A stretch of DNA of 64,000 nucleotides, taken from positions 10,290,287 through 10,354,286 of the forward strand of contig OZ316899.1 of NCBI GenBank assembly GCA_973895155.1. The letters are read 5' to 3'. The notes below the pieces were generated by a model, which saw only the letters and a program-made list of their open reading frames with translations, had not been told where the DNA came from and searched no databases. The position numbers and the translations under genes were made by a program. Shown one piece after another: positions 23,877-36,134 of the stretch (its first letter is position 1; each line of letters opens with the position of its first letter). The DNA comes from Marsupella aquatica. Taxonomy: Eukaryota; Plantae; Marchantiophyta.

Positions 23877-26800
23877 GCCTAAAAAAAATGGCTAAATAAG
23901 GATAGATAGAGAGTATAAGGTAACAATAAAGACCGATGCCGATTTCTACGTGTAGATAATAAAGGAAAGGATCCAATGGTTGAGATCCAACGGATTGGAG
24001 TTATGACCTAATCCATGCTTGATCACAAGGACCCCTAAGTGGCGGCTTTGGAGTAAGGTGACCAATACTCTGCCATTTCGCATTCTTGTGTACACGGTTT
24101 CGACATTGAGGAGCGACTGTCAGTCGAGTGCTAAGGTGGATTGGGAGATTGCGCAAGTTCTTGGCATTTGGTGGAATGAACACGGTAAATCAGGCAGGGA
24201 AGTTTGGGGGTTGTTTGCTTGAAGAAGCAAGGCAGCTGATACCTACGTATGAAGACGTTGAGCCGGAGCGCACAGCCAGAGAACGAGCGGAGCTTGCGCG
24301 ATTGTGGGGAATTCACAAAATGGCATTCGTAGATACGGAGGAGGTGTTGGAAAAGTTCTCGTGGACACCCACCAGTGCGGAGCTTGACAAATTGTTGATC
24401 CGGGAGAATAAGGTCGTGGGGATTAGGGAGGGAATCAAGAATGCAGGGCAGCCACTTTGGGAATTGAAGGGTCACACTACGAAGTGGACGAAGGAAGCCA
24501 TTCTTGGGGAGTATTCAGGCGCTGAAGAGATGAAGCGCAAGGGAGGTTCGGCATCCGCCACTCTAGCAAAGCAAACTAGGTCGGAGAGACCAATCAAGAT
24601 GGAATCCGGGCCAGTTAGAGATCGGGCTGTAGAGGATAAAACCATGACAGTGTGGGCGAACAGGTTACCTGCCGATTTACAATTACAGTTCGCAAGAGAT
24701 GAGGATGAGGTCTTCAGTGCCGTTCAGGATAATAAATATGCAAGATATATGAATGACACTGGGTTGGAGGGCTTTGTCAGGTTGTCTTGGAGGATGGTAG
24801 ACATACCAGATGAGGATCTGTTGGACTTCGTGGGATGCTAGGAGGCTTCTTCCAACACGACGCTGCTGTATGGAAAGGTGTTCGAACTAACACCTGCGCT
24901 TATCGAAGCCGTCTTTGCTTTACCAACAGGAAGGAAGACTAAGGTGGAGTAGAGGAAGACGTTGCCAGATGACCAGTTCAGGTCATTTCCAGGGCCTTCC
25001 ACTAAGAATGGGTTTTTCAGGAATCAATGTACCAACCCGCATATAAGGCAGCTGATTGATTTCCTGAGAGTCACGTTGCATTGTACCTTGCCAAGAGCAG
25101 AAATCGGCAAAGCCCAGGTATTTTTGGTGGAGAATATCGATGCAAGCCGAGACTACAACGGCTATCTCTTAATGCAGTTGAAGAAGGCATTAAATGAAGA
25201 GAAGCAGAGCATTGGGGAGGGAGCGGTATCCAAACTAGGGTACCATCTGCAATTACTTTGCCGATATGCAAGAAGCCAGTGAGTCTTTTGCACCGGTGTT
25301 GCCTATACAGGAGCGGATGCCAATCACTGCACCACTTGAGGAGGTGGAGGAGGACGAGGAGCCTCTAAGCAAACAATGCCACGGGAGGAGGTCGGCAACA
25401 CCGGCAACATGAGAATGGGAGCATTCCCCTATCAAGGAGCCAAAGGTAGTAACATATGATGTAGTGAGAAATCCGTTGCGCCGGCCTACTTGTAATAATC
25501 CATATGCAGGCACCCAATTGGTCGAAAGGAAGATGACTGCCGAAGAGAGAAAGAAATATGACGAGCAAATGGATTCGGAGATAGATGAGGAGGTAAGACG
25601 AAGCCAGGAGAGGCCAGTATTAAGAGCTTCTAACAGAGCCCAAGTGGAGGGACCTATGGAGGAAAGTCAACCAACAGCAGCCCAACAATATTCGGAGGAA
25701 GAGATCGGGGGCTTTGGAGGAGAGGCCAGCATGCTAGGTAGTCAGGTTAATGTGGATGATTACGATGATGACTATGTCGATCACGGGGAGAGGCCGGTAC
25801 CAGGAGTTAGAACGATGGGAAGGTTTTGTAGAAGACTTCCCGCAGTCTTCTATGGCAAGCCGGAGGACCAGAAAACACCAGAATCTCCTCCACCAGATGT
25901 GACGCCATTGGAATTTGACAAGATGAAGGAAGCTGAAGCCGGGCTACAAGAGAGGATTAAGGAGTGGGGGCTGGGAATGCAGAACAGGAATGCCAGCTAC
26001 CAGGAGGAGAGTGGTTGGAAGAAATAAGATGGCTTAGTGAGAGGCAGACCGAACCTCTCACTAACTTCGATAAATTACGGGCAGAGGCTTGGGAGAGACG
26101 ACCTCAATGGCAGATGCCAGTATCACCTGGGAGGTCAAACTACGCAAGAAATCGGGCTAAGGAGTATGGAGACATGTGTGGACTCTTAGCCTTAGAAATC
26201 TTGGGTAACGAGTTGGAATCCGGGCCATTTCTTAGAAAAGAAGTGGCTGATCAAACGAGATTGGAGGAGGCAATGACGTTGGAGTGGTTAAAGAAAGAGG
26301 AGGTAATTGCTCGGCTTCGCTCCATGGAAGCCGAAGTTGCTAAGACAAAGTCTGGTCAACCAACTCAGCAGGATCTCTTGGCTAAGCAGCAGGAATTGGA
26401 GGTGGCAAACAACCAATTGGAAAACTACCAATTGGATAACCAGCAGATCAAGGAAAAATTGACAAAGGTAGAGCTGGAGTTAGCCGATTCAAAAGCAGAA
26501 GTACAGGGTCTAAATTGCCAGGTCGAGAGGCTCAGAAAGACGGCTAAGGATCAGGCCACCCAGAGCGAGAAGGCCTTGGCAGAAGCCCAAAGGAAGTATG
26601 ACAAGTTACTCGACCGGTTGGAGGCCATGCGTGAGAAGCATGATGACGCCATGTGCACAGCGGCCAATGATCACCTAAACCGAGTTCAACAGATACGCAA
26701 GGAGCTCAGGAGGAGCTAGCGAGGACAAAGCAGGCATGGACGGACGAGGTCACAAAACTGGAAGGCATCAACGACTCCTTGAAAGCAGCCATAGATAAGC

Positions 26801-28452
26801 AAGAGTTGGAGATCGTGCAGATCTTAAATGAGGAGCTGAAGATGGCCAGGTCCGAGATACAACGGCTTAACAATGAAGTTGAAGACGTATCTCAGGAATT
26901 GGAGGAGGCTAGGGATAAGATGCTCGGGTTGCAGAAGCGTGTCGACAATCAAACAAAGAAATTGAAGAAGTATGGCAAAGCGGGATATGGGTCACCAACT
27001 GAAAGGCTTCCCGTCAGTAGTATGGTAGGTGGAAATACAGTGAAGCCAAAGCCAAAGCCGAGCTCATTGTTGTCATGCGTGACTGGGGACAAAGCCATGC
27101 AGTTGGTAGCAGATTTGGCAAAGACGTTCATGGGGCCAGGCGATAATAAAGTTAAGCCCCTTAAAGCCACTCCGGAGGAAGTCGAGAGCATGGCCGCTCA
27201 CATTTGTGGTACTGTGGCCCTGAAGGCAGCTGTGGTAGAGGTAAGTACTGCGGATCCACTTGGAGCTGCGGTAACAGGTTCAGACGATGGTACTGCTTCT
27301 ATGGACGCCCAGAACGTGAGGCCGTGGGTTATCGAGACCGAACGCATCGGGGACCAGGCTTGGATTGAGGAAGTTAAGGCAAAAGCTCTCCAAGCCGTTT
27401 CCCAGGAGGATGCCGATGTAGCAGCCGATGCCGGGGCCGACAAACCAGAACCCGAAGTTGAGGAAGCCAAAGGGGTCAAGCCGGAGCCGATGGCAGGAGA
27501 AGGTGCAGAGTTGGAAAATTCGGACTTACCCCCGGTCATCTGACAATTAAGGAGGGCCAGTCATCGGTTGGAAGGAGGACGTGGCGGCAAGAGAAGGGCT
27601 TGGGCCAGAAGGGCACGGCCGTTGTAGGATGGGACAGGGCAAGTAGCACCCTGTCGGCTTAGGTAGTATTAGATGCTCGGTTCACACAGGGTTCCGGGCT
27701 AGTCAAGTTTTTTAGGTGATAGTTTTTTAGTAGGATTATCGCGGTGGAAGGCCGTGAGTTGTGGTTAGGATTTCCGCCTTTTCCCCTGAACGCGCTGCAA
27801 GCATAAAAACCTGGGCAGCGTGGCCCGTGGGGCTTTTTCTTAGTCAAGGCTTTAGTGTAAATCTGTATTGTTGTGAGCACAAGAAGCTCTCGGCTAAATC
27901 TAGACCGCAGGGTATCAGTAAACCACCAGTTCCCTTGGATTTCTGAGCAATTGTTTGAATTGAGTTGGCCTCGTTGCATAGTTCACAGATTCTTGCCATC
28001 CAAGAAGTTGAGTGTTATGATATCTGTTGCTTGATCGATTTAAGTCAGATAGGGTGAACTATTGAGCAAAATACAATCGCATTGTCTTGATTGGAGACTG
28101 CCCAATCAAACTTTGAGAGAAAAGTGAGGATTGAGAGTGTTTAGTCGGTGAAGTGTGGGTTGAGTCAGTCTGCAAAAGACCTTCAGCCGGCTTAAGAAAT
28201 TAAGCCGTAGGGGTACATTCCGGGGGCGGAATACAAATATACCTGAAGAAGTTAAAGAGGAATTAGGTGTCTCAGTTGTGCACAATTCACAAGCCCAATG
28301 AAAGAATCGGTCCGGTAAGTGTAAATCGAAGGAGAGGATTGCATTTCCAAACCGAATAGCTGCCAAAGGGCAAGAGGACGGACATAAACGAGTGGTTTAT
28401 GATCAACTGAGGGTAGTTCTTTGGGTTAGAGGTCTTTGGAAAACGCACCACA
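23841..28452 (+). repeat. 3' LTR of element B (4612 bp)
   Basis: TGTGATGCC…CGCACCACA; its 3' 1.95 kb matches the 5' LTR remnant. Confidence 0.92.
24176..27543 (+). pseudogene. LTR-encoded accessory protein (family B, ~1120 codons, degraded)
   Basis: Six ORF pieces align in order with the family-A LTR protein (e.g. GPSTKNGFF, HCxLPRAEIGKAQV, PESPPPDV, LPGGEW, GPF). Confidence 0.85.
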
Positions 28453-30269
28453 ACTAACTAAAGTCATATTATAGTCATGTATCAACAAGACTAGACTCCA
28501 TGATGGAGTCACCAGTAGTAGAAACCGGGGCAATTTAGACCATACCTTATAGGACTAAGCCCACTAAGTCTTTCTTCCATACTTTAAACGACTCGCATCC
28601 ATTGCCAAGGTTTTGTTAAAGACTATAAAAGACTTCGAATGTTTCCCGGTTTAGTTAAAGACTATGAAAAGTATACTTGCTATTTTGTGAAGGGTGAACA
28701 CTCTACACATCATGGATTTTATTCTTGGAATCCACAATAAAGGTCCACACAAAGACTAGGACACTCGATAGTCTTACAAGGGTTCATCATAAGAGTGTAC
28801 TTCAAAAGGACCAGTCGACGTGCTACATTTTGGTGGCAGTGCTTAAGGAACATGCCTTGTATATATCACCAACGTTAACTAACATTGCACCGTAAAGATC
28901 CATGTAACGGGTACTTTTCATAACTTAGGGTACTTTTGATAGAGGTAATTCCATGAGGGGGGCCCGGAGGGGGGGTTAGGGTGGGGCACAACTGATTTAG
29001 TGGCCTCATACTTGAACAGAGAGGGATTTATTTAAAATTATCCTTTACCCTCACCCAAATGTACTCATTTGTTGCCTAATTAAGTCCACATTGTGCCCCT
29101 ACATCAAGACTCTGGCCAGGACTTATCAAGCCTAACGGCTCAACTCAACAGCAGACAAAGCGGAAGGCAAAGGTGAGTGTTTGTGCACCGTTAGAGTAAC
29201 CGCAAGTACTCTATTACATGCCTTGTTGTTCTCTATTACATGCCTTGTTCTCCCGCCCACTGTTTCCTGCAATTTTCTTTCTTCCAGAAGAGAATGGTGA
29301 TTTCTTCTTCTATCAAACAAAACCCCACCCAACCACCACCCAAGAACGTGGGGTGCACGCGCTTCTTAATCCTCCTCAAACTGGCCCATTGTTCATTGAA
29401 ACCCCACATATTACCCACCGGCACCAAGGGTCCAGTCCCAACCCGTCTTCCGCTTCCCACCATCTTCACTCTCTCGCGCATCTATCTCCTAAACGGCGTC
29501 GCTGGCCCTTAGACACAGAATGCTCCGCTGTGATATCGCCTCCAACTTTTCTAGTGCAGTCTAGGCAATTAGACTGCTTTTGAGAAAACTGCCCTTCTTA
29601 AAAGTGAGCAATACTAATAAACCCCGGTAGGGGCGGAGCTGGGCGGAGCTGTGGGTACTGAGGGAGCTAGGTGTGAGGGTTTGTTACGATGGCCGTGGAC
29701 CTACCGTGGGCTATGGTGGAACACTCTATTGTCTATGATGATTCTAAATCTGCTTGAACTGCAAGTGGATGTGCTTTAAGGCAAACTCGTCGGAGAAATT
29801 AGAATGGGGGGACGGAGTTATCAGTGCTTAGGTTGTGGCATTTTTGAGATTGTCAAGAGTAATCTGTGATCTCATTTCTAAACGGTTTGAGCTCCTCTGA
29901 TGTGCATAGGAATCGGGCTGAGGAAAGCTTTTGGGAGCTATCATTGGAACTAGCTTTCGATCTAATTCTGCTACTTTTGAATTGGTACTTGGGAAGGCTT
30001 TGTATCGTTAAGCACTACAAGATTCACAGGCCAGACCTGCTTGCTAGTATGAGGGGCTTTGAAGGAATGTGCGGCCAGGGCTGATTGAGTATGGATTAAT
30101 TTTGCATTGCCTGAGATACTGAAACTGCCACCCGCTTTGTTTCAGTGTGTTTGGCTGCTTGCTCTTGCAACTTTGGAGCTGGGTGGGTGAGACGGAGGGT
30201 GAGGCGGAGGGTGAGTTGTCTGTATCGCTTACCTTTGCTCAAATTTCCCCTTTGTTGCCTCTCTGGCTT

Positions 30270-30947
30270 TGCTGCTACTGCGGTTGTTGATCTTTGTCCA
30301 CCCACTTGCCTACTCAATCTAGTGAGTACAACTTTGTCTTTGCGTATGTTTTTGCTCTCTTTGTCCCTCCCCTTGAAATTGTGGGCCTTAAAAAGGTCAG
30401 TTGGCTTATGTAGTTTTTCTCCCCTCCGTGCATCTTTCAGCTGATCCGTGGGCTGGACCCCAGGAAGTAGATTTTGGTAGATTTTGTCTCTGCCCCCGGT
30501 CCTCATTTTGTGCAATGTCCGCCTGGCACTTGGTTCTTGATCCCTACATTGTCGTCTGCCGCTTGGCTGCTTGCAAAAGGGATCAAACAGATTGGAGGGG
30601 CTTGGTCTTGACATTCATTTTGGGTTTCAGAGTTTAGGAGGACAGCTTGCACCATCACCGACAAGAATGACCTGCTTGCAGAACAAGAGGGACGAGCACG
30701 AGCTGCTTGCAAAATAGGAGATTAAGGGCGAGCACAAGCTGCTTGCAAAATAGGAGACTGAGGGCAAGCTGCTTCTTTGTTGCTACTCTAGCTGCGCTGC
30801 TACATTGGTTGTTGATCTTCACCCACCCACTTGCCTACTCAATTGACAGAGTACAATTTTGTCTCTACGTCTGTTATTGCTGTCTTTGTCCCTCCCCTTG
30901 AAATTGTGGGCCTTAAAAGGTCAGTAAGTTGGCTTATGTAGTTTTTA
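30270..30947 (+). repeat. Degenerate ~150-bp direct duplication (30270-30420 and 30790-30947) flanking short tandem repeats
   Basis: Both copies share CACCCACTTGCCTACTCAAT and GTCCCTCCCCTTGAAATTGTGGGCCTTAAAA; GCTGCTTGCAAAATAGGAGA occurs twice at 30702-30757. Confidence 0.75.
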
Positions 30948-32752
30948 TGTCCCTCCGCTATGTCAATGCGTGTTTCATTGCATTAGGGCATCAGTCGCCG
31001 TTTGCCTATAACCGGACTGTTCATTCTTTGTCCACTCATTTGATGTAATTCTTCCCGTTGCCGCCCAATGCTATGGCACCCATGCTACAATTTGTGGTTT
31101 TTGTCTAAGCACAAATACTCTCTGTGCCTGGTCTCTGTGTCCCGTCATTTGGATTGATTGTTCAGACGTTTCCTCTTCTCCCAGTCCTTGTCATCCACCA
31201 GCCAAAGCACATTGGATTGTTTTCAAAGGAGGGCTGTGTAGTTCAAACGGTTTGATCTGTGCAATGGATTTGAGCAGATTGGCGGTTGTTAGTTTTCTTC
31301 TTGTAAAACCTGTCTGTCTTTCTTTTCTGCTTTTGGCCATGCTCCTAGCTTCACTTCTTGCTGCAAGCTCAATGTGCTTCAGCTATGGCAATATTCACTT
31401 ACCCTGTCCCAACGCCACTGCCGTGAGCTGCAGGACAGCCAACAGAAGCTGTGTACAGATTGCATGTAAATCAGGGTATTTTATGGTTTGCGGAACAACT
31501 GTCCAAGTATGTTGCAGTGGTCGGTCTTGCGCAACTCAATGAGCCAATTTCATTTTCCCTGTGCACTTCTATTTCTCAGAGAATTCCCTGGTCATGCTCA
31601 TTTGCCCCAGAGTTAGAAAACAAAGAAGAAGAGTTGACTAATTGTAATTCCAATCCATATCCTGATCGGTCAAGGATTGTGAACTACATTGGCCTTGTCA
31701 TCAGCCGAGGTCACCAAATTTTGCTTGGTTTCATTCCTGTGGAGCACTGCTGTGATGGATGAATAGTTTTGTGTTGCCTTGAAGTGGGACATTGGATGAA
31801 TCCCTCATGCCTTGTCTGTTTTCAAAAGCTCACAGTGTTTACCTTCAGCTATGGGCGGTTGACATCTTTTAGCATTCTTTGTGGTGGTGCCTTTGTTGCA
31901 AAGCTCCTGCTCCAACTGCCCATTTATCCTGGTAAGTTGTGCAACCTGGATTCCAGTATAGATTGAAGTATTCTTGTCTTAATTGTGTCTATGTACATAG
32001 TGTCCTTCATTGCAACTGTTGCTTTGACCTGCTGAGTTTCAGCAAATTGAATAAGGCATTCTGCCATCATTCCAATCGACTTAAACAAAAATTGAGCTTC
32101 AATATGAACTGAGAGCGTTTATCCCCTCCCTAGACTGATCAAAGTTTCCTAGCAAAAGTTTATATGTTTTAACTGTCCAAGTGTAGGTTTGACCGTGAAA
32201 GTTCAGGCCGCTACACCAAGTGCTGGTTGGTGGCCTAAGTGCAGGGTGGTAGGTGGAGTACGTTGCCCAGCCCTGTTACTTTTTCATTGTTTGCCTATGG
32301 TGTTGGCATTTTTCTCACACTCATTCTCATCCTGCTATAATTGGCAATTCAACTCTCCTCTAGAATTCAGTCAGAAGGTGAAGTATTAGTAAGACATCAT
32401 TTTCTGCTACTAAGATGTCTTCTTTTGAGCAGCATACACCGGAAGTAAGCAATAGTGGAGGTTTAACTGCATATCAACACATCCAGTGAACTACCTCTCT
32501 GTTGCTCACTGCAGGGTGAGACTTTCACTCTTTCTGGATATTGTAGTTTGTAAGCAAGTTGATTAGGACTGTTTCATGCTATGTTTATACTGTGACCTCT
32601 AGCTGGAACCAGGGGAATGACACAGTGAGTGGGAACTGATAATTTAAGGTTGGTTGTTGTGGGTGAGGCAAGTATAGCTCCTGCTCACCTTGCTGATCGA
32701 AGGTGCTCATCAGAGGATGTGAACACAAGACATCTCCACAAAAGCAGCACTT

Positions 32753-33202
32753 ATGGTGAGGACCCGCAATGCTGAACATGTGCGGCTTGCACGCAAGGCA
32801 GAGATATTGCACCTTGAGTATGTCAGACTTGGGATCCTTCCAGCCCAGTCTGCATGGTACTTTGAGTACCCTGTTGTTGCCAAGAACAACTACAGCCGGC
32901 CTCTACCTACTTCAGTACCCTTCCCAACATCCTTGGTATTCGTGTCTCTTGTACATGACCCACCACAAATTAGGTGCCAAGGGTGTGTGCACAGTTGCCA
33001 ATATGACTGTCCTGCCTGTAGGGTTTCTGGCCCAGAGTTGGATGACCGTTCTCTTGGATGTCGGTTTTTGCACAGAGCACAATGTATCATCTGGAACCAC
33101 TCGCCATCCTGCACTATGCCTGGCGATGTCACTTGTCCTGCCCTCCCAAACCCCACCACCGGTGACTTTGGTGTCTACACATGTTTGGATCACACGCTCT
33201 AG
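32753..33202 (+). CDS. CACTA cargo ORF1: Cys/His-rich putative zinc-finger (PHD-like) protein, 149 aa
   Basis: Uninterrupted ATG-to-stop ORF with CQGC…CQYDCPAC…CRFLHRAQC…YTCLDH. Confidence 0.5.
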   Translation: MVRTRNAEHVRLARKAEILHLEYVRLGILPAQSAWYFEYPVVAKNNYSRPLPTSVPFPTSLVFVSLVHDPPQIRCQGCVHSCQYDCPACRVSGPELDDRSLGCRFLHRAQCIIWNHSPSCTMPGDVTCPALPNPTTGDFGVYTCLDHTL

Positions 33203-33869
33203 AGGACCACTTGTCACACTGCATGCACAGACCATTGACCATTGACCTATAACTTAACACTTTGACTTGAACAGAGAGGATATTTACTTAAAATTTTGAA
33301 TTTTGAGCAATTTTGGGTCCAGGGTTTAGGGTCAATAGTACATAACTTATCCTATTATGGCTGCACTAAGTAGAATATCCTAATTTAAGAGGCTAGCAAG
33401 CTCACTTAAAAGTCTCCTTTCAAAGACTGGAATTAATGGGCCATGTGATAACCTGGAAAAAGTGATTTATGCCTAACTTATTTGTCTCATTCACTATCAT
33501 AGCCTATTTAGGATGTATAAATTACAACCCTGATCACACTGCTTGATGCCAATCCTGTTCCAAAAAAGGCTGTTTTACATGTCACGACTATTGTATGTGA
33601 TTCAAATGCATTAAATCTTGCTGCAGATCTCCTTTGGTGAATCATAGCCACAAAATTGAGGTGTAGGTGGAGCTATTGTACTAGGGGATCAGTTTTTAGT
33701 GTGGGCTCAACAAACCAAAAAGTATGTCTACTCTGCATCTGTGTGTGAACATTTCATTGCAGTAGCAATTGCCACTCTAGTCTATATGCTACACTGTACT
33801 TTTTGTACATTGCTAAATTGTATTGTCTGTGCACTCTGCTAAATTGTACTATCTGTCTCATGCATAGGC

Positions 33870-34548
33870 ATGGCACGCCCTAAAATCCGAGCCAAGAAGC
33901 GGGGATAGAGGTGAGCAACACAGGTGTAGTTGGGCCAAATGGTAGTAACTTCTCTGCATGTCAGATTTTCCGGAAGGCAGCTCATTGTTGTGCCATTTGT
34001 GACGATGGTGGGGCTTAGCCATATGTGAGGGCCCTTGCATGAGGCATTTCCACCTCAACCCGGAGTCTGACCTTGCTGCAGAAAACAACTGTCCAGGGGT
34101 GGGCCTCCCGTCAGCACACCAGGGAGGCTGGATGTGCACTGATTGTTTGGAGAAGCAGGCTAAGTGTGCACAGTGTGGGATGTTGGGGTCTTATGAGGGC
34201 TCTGTTGATGCTCCACCACTTGTTAGGAAATGCCCTGACAGATATTGTGTGAGGTTCTTTTGTTTTTCATGTTTGCCCGATCTTGCCACAGCTTGCCCAC
34301 TTCATAAGTGCAAGGCATGTGGTTAGCACGATGAAGATTTCTGGGTGGACATAGTCCACTGTGTTAGGTGTCCCACCATGTGACACTTTCATTGTTTGAA
34401 GGAGCGTCAAGCAGAAGGCTATGCTTGTGACAGACACATCTATCATCACTCTGCACATGGTGTTGATCGATGGATCTTCTATTGTCATCACCATGCCATA
34501 GATCCTACTTTGCACACTCCCATGAGAGATCACATTTCTTGGCTTTGA
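33870..34548 (+). pseudogene. CACTA cargo ORF2: EDM2-type composite PHD-finger domain
   Basis: Manual translation: CAICDDGG-LAICEGPCMRHFH…CTDC…CAQC…CPLHKCKACG…CVRCPT.HFHCL…IFYCHHHAIDPTLHTPMRDHI. This follows the EDM2 pattern. One frameshift (~34015) and two premature stops; the 5' start is uncertain. Confidence 0.85.
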
Positions 34549-35146
34549 ACCTGAATAATGTACATGCATAGTGCACCTGATGTGGATACCTTGGAGATTG
34601 CAGACATTCCAATTTTGAGAAGAAGGACCTCTGTAGGAGAGGATGCTTAGGCAACAAGTACCCTAAGTTCATTACTTGTTCCTGGGTACATGCCTTCAAA
34701 AACTCCCCTTAAGCCTTCTAGGAACTTTTTTAACTCTGCAATCATTTTGATCACGACTTACATGACACTGCTTAAATTAAATCAGGACTTCTCATTATGA
34801 GCATATAACTTACAAGGCTATTTAATTTGCAAGAATTCCCTTAAAGTGTACCAACATTTTGTATTCTCATTGAATGTCTGCCCATTTACAACATCTGTAT
34901 GTGGCATCACAAAACAATTGCACTTGTCACCTTCAATATTGTGAAGACACATATTCAAACTATGAGGTGCATCCTTGCAGGTGTCTAGTACGTTTGTCCC
35001 AATATTTCTCCTGTTTGGAATTGGAGTAGAGACTCACCAGACGACTGGACTGGACCAAGTTATAAATGCAGCATTTTAGGGGCCCTCCAATTATCAGGTG
35101 AACGCATTATCTTCCGGTCTGCAGTGATTAGGTGGGGTGTGTGTAC

Positions 35147-35994
35147 ATGGCCTCTAGGAAACGTACAAAGGTTGACCACCCGCCTCTATTGGCTGGAATC
35201 AAAGCCATTTTGATTCCTGGCCACTATGGGTTCACCCAAGTGAGTTGGCCAATCGTACAAAAACGATTCTCAGAGTTCCATGGGACTGAAGTCAAGGACA
35301 TCACTCCACAGACTACACATGTTGTTGCGGGGACATTTTTGGATGTGATGAACAAGTGGTCATGGTCCTTCATTGATTCTGCCATTACCAACCAAGGTCT
35401 AAAAGTAGTTGAAGTCTCTTGGCTGACCAATTCTGTTAAACATAGGTGTGTACAGAGTACTGAGCAATATGAGTTGTGGGAGAGTGAGAGGCCACTGCAG
35501 AGGCTTTGGCTGAAAAGGAAGCCTATGAAGCAGCGGCAGAGAAACCCAACTTTGCTTTTGTCCAATATGGACCTGTTGTCAACATAGGACACCATCCTAT
35601 GACTACAGATGCTATATTGAATGAGCATGGCAAGGAGAGAAATACCATTATGAAGGGGTTCAGTGCGGTATTTGCGGAAGAGGGAATTGGGGAGACTAAG
35701 TGCAGACTGTACAAGTCCATAGTTGTTGAGCTAGGTGGGACAGTGGAGGAGAGTCTAACAGAAACCTCCACTCATGTTGTAGGTCTGTCATACATGAAAA
35801 TATGCAGAAAATTCTTTAAGACAATAGTGCATGATTTTGTCATGAACAACAATCTTTGGGTGCTTTCCCCTGATTGGCTTCTGGAATCAGCAATGACAGG
35901 GAAGCAACATAATGCTTGGAACTTTGATATTTTTGAGGCCTGGCCCTCCAAGCTTCAGCGGAGATGTATGCTTAGCAATGGTGGGAGAGAGTGA
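35147..35994 (+). pseudogene. CACTA cargo ORF3: tandem BRCT-domain protein (~280 aa, one frameshift near 35488)
   Basis: Two BRCT signatures: HGTEV…TTHVVA…VVEVSWLTNSV…EQY and LGGTVEESLTETSTHVVG…VLSPDWLLES. Confidence 0.8.
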
Positions 35995-36134
35995 GGAGTA
36001 GGAGTCCCTCATATTTTTGTATAAATCACAATTTTGTAATAAATGTGATCCTTGAACTAACTCATCTTGTCATGGTTGGTCGCAGTTGAAGTTATTGTTG
36101 TTTCCTGCTGCGTGGGGTGTGACTGTGAATCTAC

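Larger units (their letters stand above)
1762..28452 (+). mobile_element. Ty3/gypsy LTR retrotransposon B (non-chromovirus, Athila/OTA-like); 5' LTR truncated, three nested insertions
   Basis: Order is LTR remnant, PBS, gag, PR, RT, RH, INT, PPT, LTR. 1762-3712 matches 26496-28452. Confidence 0.92.

Noticed and set aside
30096-30614. 172-aa minus-strand ORF as another cargo gene
   Set aside because: It overlaps a local duplication, has no recognisable domain and lies opposite the cassette orientation.
33318-33332. AGGGTTTAGGG, and CCTAACCCTAA in A LTRs, as telomeric sequence
   Set aside because: Only one or two units, at most telo-box promoter motifs.
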